Source: an uncultured bacterium (GTDB lineage Bacteria > Hydrogenedentota > Hydrogenedentia > Hydrogenedentales > Hydrogenedentaceae). From it: a DNA stretch of 64,000 nucleotides. Below, piece by piece: positions 21,265 through 30,947 of the stretch (its first letter is position 1; the number at the start of each line of letters is the position of its first letter). Under the pieces are notes generated by a model. It did not search any database. It was not told where the DNA came from and was given only the letters and a program-made list of their open reading frames with translations. The translations under genes and the position numbers were made by a program. The stretch spans positions 112,614 to 176,613 of the forward strand of contig CALLRP010000003.1 in assembly GCA_938014335.1 (NCBI GenBank). Reading direction: 5' to 3'.

Positions 21265-22806
21265 ATGCTTGCGAGGGTTCAGTCAGCGCATATTTTAGGT
21301 ATAGAAGCATTCCCTCTAACGGTCGAAGTGGACATAGGAGGGTATAGCGGTTCCGATAAAAAAACAGAAGTGGTAGGACTGGCAGATACTTCGGTAAAAG
21401 AAAGTCGTGAGCGGGTCGCTTCTGCGTTACGCAATTCGGGATTCCGTGTGCCCCGTGGACGTATCGTAGTAAATTTGGCACCTGCAGATATTCGCAAAGA
21501 AGGGAGTTATTTAGACCTGCCTATTGCTTTGGGTCTCATCTTGGCAGGAGAACAGGCAAAACCTTGTGTGGATTTAGAAAAAATATTAATAGTAGGAGAA
21601 TTGGCATTAGATGGGTCTTTACGACATGTTCCGGGGACGCTTGCAATGGCGATATTAGCCCGTAAGAACGGTTTTAAATCTATCCTCGTTCCCGAAATGA
21701 ATGAAGAAGAGGCAGGCTTAGTTCATGATATTGATGTTATACCTATCAAGAGTTTGCAAGACGCCATCCAATATTTACATGAACCCAACACATACACACC
21801 CTATCGAACAGATTATCAAAATCTATTCCAGAACAAAAAATACACAACATTAGATTTTGAAGATGTAAAGGGGCAAGCCCACGTTAAGCGTGCTTTGACC
21901 ATTGCTTCGGCAGGGGGACATAATGTATTAATGATAGGTCCCCCGGGGACAGGAAAAACCATGCTGGCTTCGCGTGTCCCGGGGATTCTTCCCGAAATGA
22001 GTTTTGAAGAGTCGCTTGAGACTACACAAATTTACAGTGTTGTTTCCCGAAAGGGACAAAATTCATCCTTGATAACAATACGCCCATTCCGTTCACCTCA
22101 TCATACCGTTTCTACTGTGGCTATGGTAGGAGGCGGTGCAAATTTCCAACCCGGAGAAGTCAGTTTAGCCCATAACGGGGTGCTGTTTCTTGACGAATTA
22201 CCCGAATTCAGTCGGGCAACATTAGAAGTGTTACGCCAACCATTAGAAGAAGGCTTTGTGCATATACGCCGAGCCCATTATGCGGTAACGCTCCCCAGTC
22301 GGTTTATACTTGTATCCGCCATGAACCCCTGTCCCTGCGGTTGCAAGACCGACCCCAAACGCACATGTCGCTGTTCCCTCGGCGAGATACAACGATATAT
22401 CAATCGAATCTCCGGTCCCCTATTAGACCGAATTGATATGCATATCGAAGTGCCTGCTCTATCCTACCATGAATTATCCCAAAACCAGCCATCAGGACCC
22501 AATAGTACCGATATGCGGAATCAGGTACTGGAAGCAAGAAATCGGCAACAGCACCGCTACGGAAAAACAACCCTACTCAATGCACATCTGGATACAAAAC
22601 AACTCCGTCGTCATTGCAAACTGTCCGACAGCACACAACAATTATTACTTCGTGCTATCGAACATCACGGATTAAGTGCCCGTGCTTACGATAAAATTCT
22701 TCGTATGGCAAGAACTATTGCCGACCTCGACAATTCCGAAAATATAAAAGAAACCCACATTGCGGAAGCCATCCAATACCGCTCCATCGACCTCAAAGCA
22801 ATTTAA
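21265..22806 (+). CDS. comM: YifB/ComM-family Mg-chelatase-like AAA+ ATPase
   Basis: N-terminal Lon-protease-like domain; Walker A GPPGTGKT; ComM-type AAA+ core; C-terminal Cys cluster CPCGC...C..C. 513 aa. Confidence 0.9.
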   Translation: MLARVQSAHILGIEAFPLTVEVDIGGYSGSDKKTEVVGLADTSVKESRERVASALRNSGFRVPRGRIVVNLAPADIRKEGSYLDLPIALGLILAGEQAKPCVDLEKILIVGELALDGSLRHVPGTLAMAILARKNGFKSILVPEMNEEEAGLVHDIDVIPIKSLQDAIQYLHEPNTYTPYRTDYQNLFQNKKYTTLDFEDVKGQAHVKRALTIASAGGHNVLMIGPPGTGKTMLASRVPGILPEMSFEESLETTQIYSVVSRKGQNSSLITIRPFRSPHHTVSTVAMVGGGANFQPGEVSLAHNGVLFLDELPEFSRATLEVLRQPLEEGFVHIRRAHYAVTLPSRFILVSAMNPCPCGCKTDPKRTCRCSLGEIQRYINRISGPLLDRIDMHIEVPALSYHELSQNQPSGPNSTDMRNQVLEARNRQQHRYGKTTLLNAHLDTKQLRRHCKLSDSTQQLLLRAIEHHGLSARAYDKILRMARTIADLDNSENIKETHIAEAIQYRSIDLKAI

Positions 22807-22871
22807 AAAGAGCACAGACATCCCTGCTTGTGAATATCAATTGCACGAAACCACAGACAGGAGTCTCTGTG

Positions 22872-23945
22872 TTACTTTAATTTTTGGAGAATGTTGGTGT
22901 AGGCACGGGAAAAAGGATATTTGGGAAGATCCTTGAAAGGGACCCATTGATATGGGGAAAAGATTTTTTTGGGGCAGGTTTTTATCTGGGTCTGATATAC
23001 ATAGAAATGGATGGTGCGGTGGGAATATTTTCGTATGGATTGAAATAAAAAGTTCCATTTTACATGATGGGGAAGATGTGTTGTTAATGCTAATTCAGAA
23101 AAAATATGTTTGGGGTCACTTCCAATCATTGTGGATATGTCAACTGTTGGCAAAGCATAGAGATTTTTCAAAAAATTTCGATGTTCTTCCCGAGTGATTA
23201 ATATTTTTCCCTGACATATTATTATTCCAACTGCCCAATGAAGGTTTGGAACAGGGCGAATACTTTTCTTCTGTGGAAAATGATTTTGCGTCTTATGTTG
23301 ATAGGCGAGACAGCAATTTATTAATGGACATTTTTCACATTTTGGGTTGATGGGGGTGCAGATAGTTGCCCCAATGTCCATCATCCCTTGATTGAAATTA
23401 CCCGGGGATTTTCTGGATATAATCTGTTCTGCTATGGGTTGGGTTGTCGAAGTAAAAGATTTCGAATTAGGCTCTCCTTGTATTTCAAATAATCGAGCCA
23501 GGACACGCCGAACATTCCCATCAACCGTCGGAACGGGGAGATGAAAACATATACTCCCTATTGCTGATGCGGTATAAGGACCTACCCCCGGCAGTTTTAA
23601 TAACTCCTCGTAAGTTTGAGGGAAAAAACCACCATATTGTTGATAAATAATTTTAGCTGTTTTTAAAAGGTTTCGTGCACGGGTGTAATATCCTAATCCT
23701 TCCCAAACTTTAAGCACTTGCATTTCGTCAGCAAGTGATAGATGTCGTAATGTAGGAAATGTTTTGAGAAATTGGAAGTAATATGAAATCCCTTGCTCGA
23801 TGCGTGTCTGCTGAAAAATAATTTCACACAGCCATATCTTGTAGGGGTCTTTCGTCTTTCGCCAGGGGAACGGTCTTGCATTCCGCGAATACCAACCCAG
23901 CACCCGTTTACGAATTTCCTTTATTAAATCAAAATCCAAATCCAT
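22872..23945 (-). CDS. mutY: A/G-specific adenine DNA glycosylase MutY (HhH-GPD + FeS + C-terminal NUDIX-like domain)
   Basis: HhH-GPD region (LLKLPGVGPYTASAI). 4Fe-4S cluster loop CTPINPKCEKCPLINCC. 357-aa length that includes a MutT-like C-terminal domain. Confidence 0.85.
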   Translation of the reverse strand: MDLDFDLIKEIRKRVLGWYSRNARPFPWRKTKDPYKIWLCEIIFQQTRIEQGISYYFQFLKTFPTLRHLSLADEMQVLKVWEGLGYYTRARNLLKTAKIIYQQYGGFFPQTYEELLKLPGVGPYTASAIGSICFHLPVPTVDGNVRRVLARLFEIQGEPNSKSFTSTTQPIAEQIISRKSPGNFNQGMMDIGATICTPINPKCEKCPLINCCLAYQHKTQNHFPQKKSIRPVPNLHWAVGIIICQGKILITREEHRNFLKNLYALPTVDISTMIGSDPKHIFSELALTTHLPHHVKWNFLFQSIRKYSHRTIHFYVYQTQIKTCPKKIFSPYQWVPFKDLPKYPFSRAYTNILQKLK

Positions 23946-24047
23946 GATACATAAAAAAGAAAAAACTATATTTAAAATACCGTTTGTTCATTTATTTTGA
24001 TTAAAATATAAGTCTCTAACGAACAATCTTACTTTATTGAAGGGGAT

Positions 24048-25172
24048 ATGATTATAACACGGATTGACCGATACATACTTCGACAGATTATTCCGCCGAT
24101 GTTCATTGCCTTTTCCGCAGTTGCGGTGCTAATGATAAGCGGTATACTTCAACAACAGGTCAAAGAATTACTGGATGAACTTCCTGTGGCTCCGTTACAG
24201 GTAACCGACTTCTTCTGGATGTCGTTATATGCTCTTCCGATGATGGTCGGCATGATAATCCCGATTACCTTCTTATTCGGTTTAATGTTGATGTTCGACC
24301 GAATGAGCCGTTATCGTGAGATTATTGCTATGACTGCTGGCGGTATATCCATGCGTCGGATTGCTATGCCTGCAGTGATGTTGTCTCTCCTTCTGAGTAT
24401 ATTCTGTTTCTTTGTCCAGGATATTGCCCAGCCGTGGGCTTTTCGTCAATTTATGAAATTAGCTCGCATGGACCTTCCTTTACGCATGTCTTTAGATTTA
24501 ATCCCCACAGGCAAGATGTATGAATACGGAAAATTGCGCGTTTACATTCGCAGACGCACAAGTAATGGAGAATTACAGGATATCGTTGTATTACAACCCG
24601 GCGAAGAGGGAAAAATGGTCGCTTTCTATGCAGAGAAGGCACGATGGCGAAAAGGGAAAAATGAAAATGTGCTGGAAATGCTCAACGGCTTCTGGATAGA
24701 GTCTCAGGAACAAAACAATCAGGTCGTTCGCGGTAGTTTCCAGCGATTGGAGAAGACAATTCCACCGCTCCAGCCGATGGAAACGATTCGACTTCGCACG
24801 GGCATGTCAATTCGTGAATTACTGGAAGAGCATCGTCGTATTTCTCAGGAATATGAACGGACGAAAGGATTACCTCTATTATCCGATGTCAAAAAATATC
24901 GTAGTGAAATAGCGGAACGTCTTTCCTTCCCGTTAATGTGCCTCGCATTAGGTTTAATTGCTTCGCCCATAGGTGTGCGTCTGCGAGGAGCAGGGACGAC
25001 TTATGCCTTCTCAACAGGATTTTTGATTGTAGGTCTGTATTTTCTTCTCTTCAAAGCGGTCGGAGGAGGAGGGCTTATGCCTTTGTACTTAAAATGTATC
25101 GTTCAGCAAGTTCCCAATATTCTGATGGGTGGGTTAGGGTTGTATCTTTTAATAAAGGCAGACCGACTATGA
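24048..25172 (+). CDS. lptF: LPS export ABC transporter permease, LptF/LptG (YjgP/YjgQ) family
   Basis: MIITRIDRYILRQIIPPMFIAFSAVAVLM N-terminus typical of the family. 6 TM with a periplasmic beta-jellyroll insert. Confidence 0.75.
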   Translation: MIITRIDRYILRQIIPPMFIAFSAVAVLMISGILQQQVKELLDELPVAPLQVTDFFWMSLYALPMMVGMIIPITFLFGLMLMFDRMSRYREIIAMTAGGISMRRIAMPAVMLSLLLSIFCFFVQDIAQPWAFRQFMKLARMDLPLRMSLDLIPTGKMYEYGKLRVYIRRRTSNGELQDIVVLQPGEEGKMVAFYAEKARWRKGKNENVLEMLNGFWIESQEQNNQVVRGSFQRLEKTIPPLQPMETIRLRTGMSIRELLEEHRRISQEYERTKGLPLLSDVKKYRSEIAERLSFPLMCLALGLIASPIGVRLRGAGTTYAFSTGFLIVGLYFLLFKAVGGGGLMPLYLKCIVQQVPNILMGGLGLYLLIKADRL

Positions 25173-26257
25173 AGACTATAGATAAATATTACCTTTCCTG
25201 GTGGCTCAAAACTTTTCTGCGGGTATTAATTACTCTTGCTTTTTTATATATCATTATTGATTTCTTTGTTACACGGCAAGAATCAGTACAAAAATATAAT
25301 GTCCCTTTCCTGATAATCCTCCAATACTACTTACTCTCCCTACCTAAAATCTTCTTTCAATTTCATTTCCTCTCTGCAGGTGTCATGTTTGCTACCTTTT
25401 TAGTTTGGGGAAAAAGCACACAAGAAGGTGAGATTTCAGCTTTGCTTTCCGGTGGGATACCTCTTTTAAGAATTGCCATGAGTATATTCGTAGTAGGGTT
25501 ATTTATTGCTGTTGGGAGTTTTTTCATGGAAGATACCATCGGTGTATGGTTTGCGAAACAGTTTCAGAATGTGGAAAAAATGTATTTTTCATATCATTTA
25601 GGAGACACGCGTTCCGGAGTGAGTTGGACCAATCTAAGTGGTGGTTGGACCTGTCACATCTTGCGATTCAATCGGGAAGCCATGACCGGCAGGGATGTTT
25701 TTATTCACCGTATTCAAGAAGAGCGTATAGATGAAATACGTGCACGATATATCTGGTGGGACAACATACAAAAGAAATGGTTCATCGAAGAGGGTCGACA
25801 TTTTATTCTCTCCCCGAAAAAAGATATGGAACAAGAAGTTATTCGTATTACACAAATACCTGCCCCATTTATCGAAGCTCCTGAGACCCTATTTGCCCTT
25901 GACCTCCCTCAGGAACTTAAAACATGGAAACAATTCCGTGAAGAAATTAAACGAGCCCATTTCTTTGGTATCCCTACCTATAAATACGAAGTGGATTGGT
26001 ATGCGCGAATAGCCCGTCCTGCCAGTATTTTTATCATGCTCTTACTTGCTTTACCCTTATCCGTATTATGGAAGAGAGGCGGATTTGTTTTAAGTTTCGG
26101 TATAACCGCTATTTCTGCCATTTGTTATATGTTATGTTTTCTCCTTTTCACAGGGTTGGGTTATCTTCAAACACTGCCCCCTATTATTTCCGCGTGGGGA
26201 GCCAATATTTTATTTTTGACTGTATCCCTTTTTATCTGGAAACGAACACCCACATGA
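25169..26257 (+). CDS. lptG: LPS export ABC transporter permease, LptG/LptF family (second paralogue)
   Basis: The ORF-track entry 24938-26257 is an over-extension. The real start is the ATG at 25169 (MKTIDKYYLSWWLKTFLRVLITLAFLYII), which overlaps the lptF stop as ATGA. Family-typical topology. Confidence 0.7.
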   Translation: MKTIDKYYLSWWLKTFLRVLITLAFLYIIIDFFVTRQESVQKYNVPFLIILQYYLLSLPKIFFQFHFLSAGVMFATFLVWGKSTQEGEISALLSGGIPLLRIAMSIFVVGLFIAVGSFFMEDTIGVWFAKQFQNVEKMYFSYHLGDTRSGVSWTNLSGGWTCHILRFNREAMTGRDVFIHRIQEERIDEIRARYIWWDNIQKKWFIEEGRHFILSPKKDMEQEVIRITQIPAPFIEAPETLFALDLPQELKTWKQFREEIKRAHFFGIPTYKYEVDWYARIARPASIFIMLLLALPLSVLWKRGGFVLSFGITAISAICYMLCFLLFTGLGYLQTLPPIISAWGANILFLTVSLFIWKRTPT

Positions 26258-26618
26258 GATATTGTCCGACACAAACAAAAGGTTACACAAATGGGAGAAA
26301 AGAAAAAAGTCCGCTTCGGCTGGAAAGAATTTTTTGCTCCTCTCTTTCTCCCTTTGCAATTCTAATTTATTTATCCTAATGGATGGGCATCCAACCCTGG
26401 AGGGCACAAACTTAGCGATAATAATATTACAGGAATGGCTCAAATAACAATACATACAATACAGTTCTAAATATTAAGTATTGGAAATTGTGGTTGGATA
26501 GTAGCATTTGAAGAATTTGCAAATAAAAATACAAAAAATCCATACTATTCAAATGTCTAAGGATTTCAATATTCCAAAACAAATAAAACCTAATTTCATT
26601 AAGATAAGGAGATTTCCG

Positions 26619-27863
26619 ATGGATGAAAAATTCAGATTGACACGGAGACAATTTAACACGGCAGCTGCACTTGCTACTTTTGCAGTCGTCTCCAAAAGTA
26701 TGGATGCAGTGGAAACAAACAGTGGAACACTGAAAATTGGTTTAATCGGCTGTGGTGGTAGAGGTTTTGGAGCAGTAAAAGATTGTATGGAAGGGAATGA
26801 AAACATAAAAATTATAGCGCTGGCGGATGTATTTGAAGACCGACTTAAAGATTGCCGGAAAAAGTTGGAATCCATGCAGGGTAGGCTCTATAAAGGGAAG
26901 GTAGCGATAGATGATGGTCATTGCTTTTTTGGTTTGGATGCCTATAAAAAGATTTTAGAAACGGATATTGATGTTGTTATTCATGCGACACCGCCATATG
27001 CACGCCCCAAACACATTGAAGCGGCAATTGACGCTGGTAAACATGTCTTTACAGAAAAGCCTTTAGCAGTTGACCCTGCCGGTATCCGCCGTTTCATCAA
27101 AACAGCCCAGAAAGCGAAAGAAAAAAACTTATGCCTGCATACAGGAACACAACGCCGTTCCAGTAATGCATATCGTGAAACAATAAAGAAAATTCAGGAG
27201 GGTGCTATAGGTGATATTATTGCAGCGCGTGTTTATTGGAATGGTGAATTGCCCTTCTCTCATGACCGCAAACCGGAATGGAGCGATTTAGAATATCGGC
27301 TTCGCAACTGGTATAACCAGATATGGACCTGCGGAGATAATATTGTAGAGCAACATATCCATAACATAGATATTATCAACTGGATTATGGGCACACATCC
27401 CATAAAAGTAGTTGCCTCAGGAGGCAGAGCATGGAAACCTCGCGAAGAAAAATATGGAGATCTATGGGACCACTTTGAATGTGATTTCGAATATCCGAAC
27501 GGAGTACACATGTTTAGTTTCTCCCGTCACTGGAAAAATTCCAAAAATGATGTGTTTGAACAAGTATTTGGAACAAAGGGAAAAAGTAGTTGCAACGATA
27601 TGGGCAAAGACACAATAAATCCGTATGTCCAGGAACATATTGACCTGATTAAAGCCGTTCGTGGCGAAGCCCCTTATTTGAATACAGGTATTGAATGTGC
27701 CGAAAGCACAATGACTGCTATCATGGGTCGTATGTCGGCATACACAGGGAAAGAATTGACATGGGATGAGGCATTAAACGCAGATTTGAGTATCGTTCCG
27801 GAAGATTTAGATTGGAATAAATCTTATCCAATAGGTCCTATTCCTGTTCCGGGCGAAGCATAG
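26619..27863 (+). CDS. Gfo/Idh/MocA-family NAD(P)-dependent oxidoreductase with Tat signal peptide
   Basis: Start re-assigned to the ATG at 26619, which has an aaggag RBS 8 nt upstream. Twin-arginine motif TRRQFNTAAALATFAV. Rossmann segment IGLIGCGGRG. EKP motif (FTEKPLA). Confidence 0.8.
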   Translation: MDEKFRLTRRQFNTAAALATFAVVSKSMDAVETNSGTLKIGLIGCGGRGFGAVKDCMEGNENIKIIALADVFEDRLKDCRKKLESMQGRLYKGKVAIDDGHCFFGLDAYKKILETDIDVVIHATPPYARPKHIEAAIDAGKHVFTEKPLAVDPAGIRRFIKTAQKAKEKNLCLHTGTQRRSSNAYRETIKKIQEGAIGDIIAARVYWNGELPFSHDRKPEWSDLEYRLRNWYNQIWTCGDNIVEQHIHNIDIINWIMGTHPIKVVASGGRAWKPREEKYGDLWDHFECDFEYPNGVHMFSFSRHWKNSKNDVFEQVFGTKGKSSCNDMGKDTINPYVQEHIDLIKAVRGEAPYLNTGIECAESTMTAIMGRMSAYTGKELTWDEALNADLSIVPEDLDWNKSYPIGPIPVPGEA

Positions 27864-27889
27864 TTGAGAAATTTATTATATTATCCATT

Positions 27890-27916
27890 CAGAGGGCAGG
27901 TTGCTTCTGCCCTCTG
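27890..27916 (+). terminator. Hairpin downstream of the oxidoreductase gene (cagagggcag-N-ctgccctctg)
   Basis: 10-bp GC-rich inverted repeat 27 nt after the stop codon. A weak U-tract follows. Confidence 0.4.
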
Positions 27917-28153
27917 TAAATGCTTTAAAAATATCGGAAACCTCTGAATAAATCCTTTTTATCCCACAAATCAATGTCTGATAAACCCATTCAACCAATT
28001 CGTAGTTGAATTTCTTTTTTTCAATGATTATCCCCAGTTTTCACCTGGGGCTATGATGTTAAACTCCATGTGTAGCCTTTTTTATAGACACTACTCCATA
28101 ATTTTCTTAACTGACAAGTCGATGTCAAATCAATATTTATTCAGAGATTTCAT

Positions 28154-29827
28154 TTATTTTCTTTGCTTTATCATCTCAAGAATTTTTTTTGCATTCACTA
28201 ATTCGGGGCTTATCTTCAAAGCCTTCTCCGCATATTCTTTAGACATATTATAGTTACCTATCATATAAAAAAGGTATGCTACATTGCTTAATATTTCAGG
28301 GTCATCACCGGATATTTGTAATGATTTATTATAAAGTTCAAGGGCTTCTTTGTATCTTCCCAAAGCCTGATATGAAAATGCCAGGTCATTATACGGTCCC
28401 GCTCTCAATGAATAGACTTCGATGGCTTTTTTTAATAGGGGTATAGACTCTGTGTAACGATTTTGTTTTATTAAGGCATAACCCACATTACAAAGTGCTA
28501 TATAGTTATCCGGTTCATATTTAAGCGTATTTCTAAACAATTTCTCATTGTATTCCCACAAAGGAATATACAACAACGAGATAATAGAAAAAAGGACAAT
28601 TATTACAGATAATATTGTGTTTAAGATAGTATAAAGTTTGTCCCTGCACCCTGAGATAGCAGTGCAAATAAATAAACTTAAACCGACATGTGGAACATAA
28701 GTGAAGCGGTCGGCTATCAAATGGTGCCCAAAAGGTATAAACCCGATAACAGGTGCTAAAGGTATAAGAAAGAAAGCCAGAGACACTATATTGCTTTTAT
28801 ACTGTTTCCGAAATAAAATCCATACAGAGCAAAATAAAAAGATAATAATTGAAGACACAACAAGAATGTCTGTTCTATCGTAAACAGAGACACTTTGTGT
28901 CCAGCCAAAGAATGGGAAATATTTAATTCCATAGGGAACATGCAAATCTATAGGGAAAAAAGTCAGAAGAAAATAAAGTGCCGTAGAAACAATTATTCTT
29001 GATATTTTCTCCCCCAAAGACAAAGTTACGGGAATAATAGCCTCCTGCTCTGCATGGAGTGTTATAAAAACAAGGAATACTGAAATAATAAAAAAAGGAA
29101 CATAAAAAAAGATTTTTCTCACATCGAGGATTTTTTCTTTTCTCAATAACACATCCAGCAAAGGCAAAAATAAAGGAAAAACAACGCTCACAGGTTTTGA
29201 CATGGCAGAGCATACAAAAAAACATAAAGTAAGGAGGTAATCTCCTTTTTTCCTTTCATTTTGCCAGTCCATATATTTCATGAGCATAAGCAAGATAAAG
29301 AATAAAGAAAGGAGATCTTTTCGGCTGGCTATCCACACTACAGGCTCTACCCGTAAGGGATGAACAGCAAATAAACATACAGCCAAAAACGGAATAAGAT
29401 TATCGCCTTTTGTTATTTTGCAAAGAAACCTCCACAAAATTAAGGTATTAATGATATGAAATAACAAATTCATAGCATGATGCCCCCCTGCCTTATTCCC
29501 GAATAGATGCGTATCAATCCGATGCGATATTTTAGTTATCGGAGCCCAGAAACCATCGTCCGTAGAGGTAAATGCCCACCGTAAAAAGGAGTATGTCCAA
29601 ACATTCCCTTTATCTATTTTGCCAACCGTGTAATTAAAATCATCATAAAAAATAAAATCATAATATACGACTTGACCGAATACAACCAATATAATTGCAA
29701 TAACAAAAGCATTCCATATGGGGCATTTAGAAGAGGGGTGGGTTAATATAAATTTAATATCGGATATCGGATTCTTATTTCTTTCCTGGGGAATACCGCA
29801 AGAATTTGGTCCGCAACCTGTATTCAT
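28154..29827 (-). CDS. Polytopic membrane protein with C-terminal TPR repeats (PMT/ArnT-like glycosyltransferase-fold candidate)
   Basis: About 11 TM helices over 400 aa, then three or more TPR repeats (YNDLAFSYQALGRYKEALELYNKSLQI...). Start overlaps the stop of the upstream EIIA gene by 4 nt. Confidence 0.5.
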   Translation of the reverse strand: MNTGCGPNSCGIPQERNKNPISDIKFILTHPSSKCPIWNAFVIAIILVVFGQVVYYDFIFYDDFNYTVGKIDKGNVWTYSFLRWAFTSTDDGFWAPITKISHRIDTHLFGNKAGGHHAMNLLFHIINTLILWRFLCKITKGDNLIPFLAVCLFAVHPLRVEPVVWIASRKDLLSLFFILLMLMKYMDWQNERKKGDYLLTLCFFVCSAMSKPVSVVFPLFLPLLDVLLRKEKILDVRKIFFYVPFFIISVFLVFITLHAEQEAIIPVTLSLGEKISRIIVSTALYFLLTFFPIDLHVPYGIKYFPFFGWTQSVSVYDRTDILVVSSIIIFLFCSVWILFRKQYKSNIVSLAFFLIPLAPVIGFIPFGHHLIADRFTYVPHVGLSLFICTAISGCRDKLYTILNTILSVIIVLFSIISLLYIPLWEYNEKLFRNTLKYEPDNYIALCNVGYALIKQNRYTESIPLLKKAIEVYSLRAGPYNDLAFSYQALGRYKEALELYNKSLQISGDDPEILSNVAYLFYMIGNYNMSKEYAEKALKISPELVNAKKILEMIKQRK

Positions 29828-30333
29828 GATTGTTTCTTGTTTTCTCCAATGTGTTTCTCCCAGAGTTTAAGAAAAGATTGATATAAAAATGCATCCTCTT
29901 TACATTCCGCTAATATTTCTACATAGTTCTCTTTGGATAGGAACGCACCTATTTCCGCCATTATATTTAGATAATCATTTTGACTTTCTTCAGGGGCTAT
30001 TACAAAAACAAACACACGACTTAATTTCCCATCAAGAGAACCATACACAACACCCTCAGGAAATACAAGTATCCCCATAATAAAATCAGAAATACAGGGA
30101 ACTCTACAATGCGGTAAAGCAAGCCCACGGGTTAACCCTGTAGAACCTAACATTTCCCGACTTTGTAAACTATCAAATATAATCTGTTTTAATCTTTGCG
30201 GGGAATCACTATCCAAAGATACAAGTCCCGCTATTTTTTCCAATACAAGAGATTTAGAGGGAGACCCTTCATAGACTCTCACTTTGGAAGGAGGAATATA
30301 TTTACTTAAATCTATATACATAATACCTGCCAA
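29824..30333 (-). CDS. ptsN: PTS EIIA type-2 (EIIA-Ntr/fructose family) regulatory protein
   Basis: 169 aa with the phospho-His region GLALPHCRV (compare GIAIPHG of EIIA-Ntr). No EIIB/C genes nearby, so a regulatory role is inferred. Confidence 0.65.
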   Translation of the reverse strand: MAGIMYIDLSKYIPPSKVRVYEGSPSKSLVLEKIAGLVSLDSDSPQRLKQIIFDSLQSREMLGSTGLTRGLALPHCRVPCISDFIMGILVFPEGVVYGSLDGKLSRVFVFVIAPEESQNDYLNIMAEIGAFLSKENYVEILAECKEDAFLYQSFLKLWEKHIGENKKQS

Positions 30334-30493
30334 AAACTGAGATACAAATCATTTATTATAAATTATACACAATTTTAATATAAAAAAGTTCCATGATAAA
30401 TAAAATGATTCTATATTAAATTATAAAAATACTGCTAAAGTTTATGTAATTTTTGTCGATATAATAGATGAAGGATAAAAAGAAAACTCAAGG

Positions 30494-30898
30494 ATGAGGC
30501 TTATGAATATAACGATGGAGAACATAATAACAGGGATTGTTAAGCCGTCTGTTGGATTAACGGGAAAAGGACAAAGGATAAACGAGCAAACGGTTCCTCA
30601 AAGTGAATCGAATTCGCCCGTTCAATATGAAGAAGGAAAAATTCCCATTGGATTAGGGGTAGTGCCTATAATTCCTACAGGCTCCATATTTATCCCGCGT
30701 GAATTAGTCGTACCTCAAGAAGAAAAGCCCTTGGAAATGGAGATAGTTGTTTCAGATAAACAATCCCTTATACCTCAAAAGATGGAAGAAGTCCCTACAT
30801 CGCAAGAAAAAAAAGATGTGGAAGAAAAAATAGAAACCCAAGATGTAATCCCGACAGCGGTGGTAAAAGAAAATCCAATAATTGATATTTTGGCATAG
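30494..30898 (+). CDS. Hypothetical P/E/V-rich protein
   Basis: 134 aa, low complexity. A strong terminator immediately downstream supports expression. Confidence 0.35.
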   Translation: MRLMNITMENIITGIVKPSVGLTGKGQRINEQTVPQSESNSPVQYEEGKIPIGLGVVPIIPTGSIFIPRELVVPQEEKPLEMEIVVSDKQSLIPQKMEEVPTSQEKKDVEEKIETQDVIPTAVVKENPIIDILA

Positions 30899-30902
30899 AC
30901 AA

Positions 30903-30947
30903 TCCCCCTGAAAATATAAAAAACAGAATGTAAGGGGGATTTTTTAA
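30903..30947. terminator. Bidirectional-looking terminator hairpin (aatccccct ... agggggatt) flanked by A-run and T-run
   Basis: 9-bp G/C-rich stem with a ~22-nt loop and tttttt on the + strand. The complementary A-run could serve the convergent MFS gene. Confidence 0.5.

Noticed and set aside
24938-25168. 5' extension of the ORF-track entry 24938-26257, overlapping the lptF 3' end
   Set aside because: The extension overlaps lptF in another frame. The internal ATG at 25169 has the family-typical MKTIDKYY... N-terminus and ATGA coupling to lptF. The upstream 77 codons are treated as spurious.
26508-26618. Upstream 37 codons of the ORF-track entry 26508-27863
   Set aside because: The ATG at 26619 has a good aaggag RBS and is followed directly by the Tat motif. 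The upstream segment is AT-rich promoter-like sequence.
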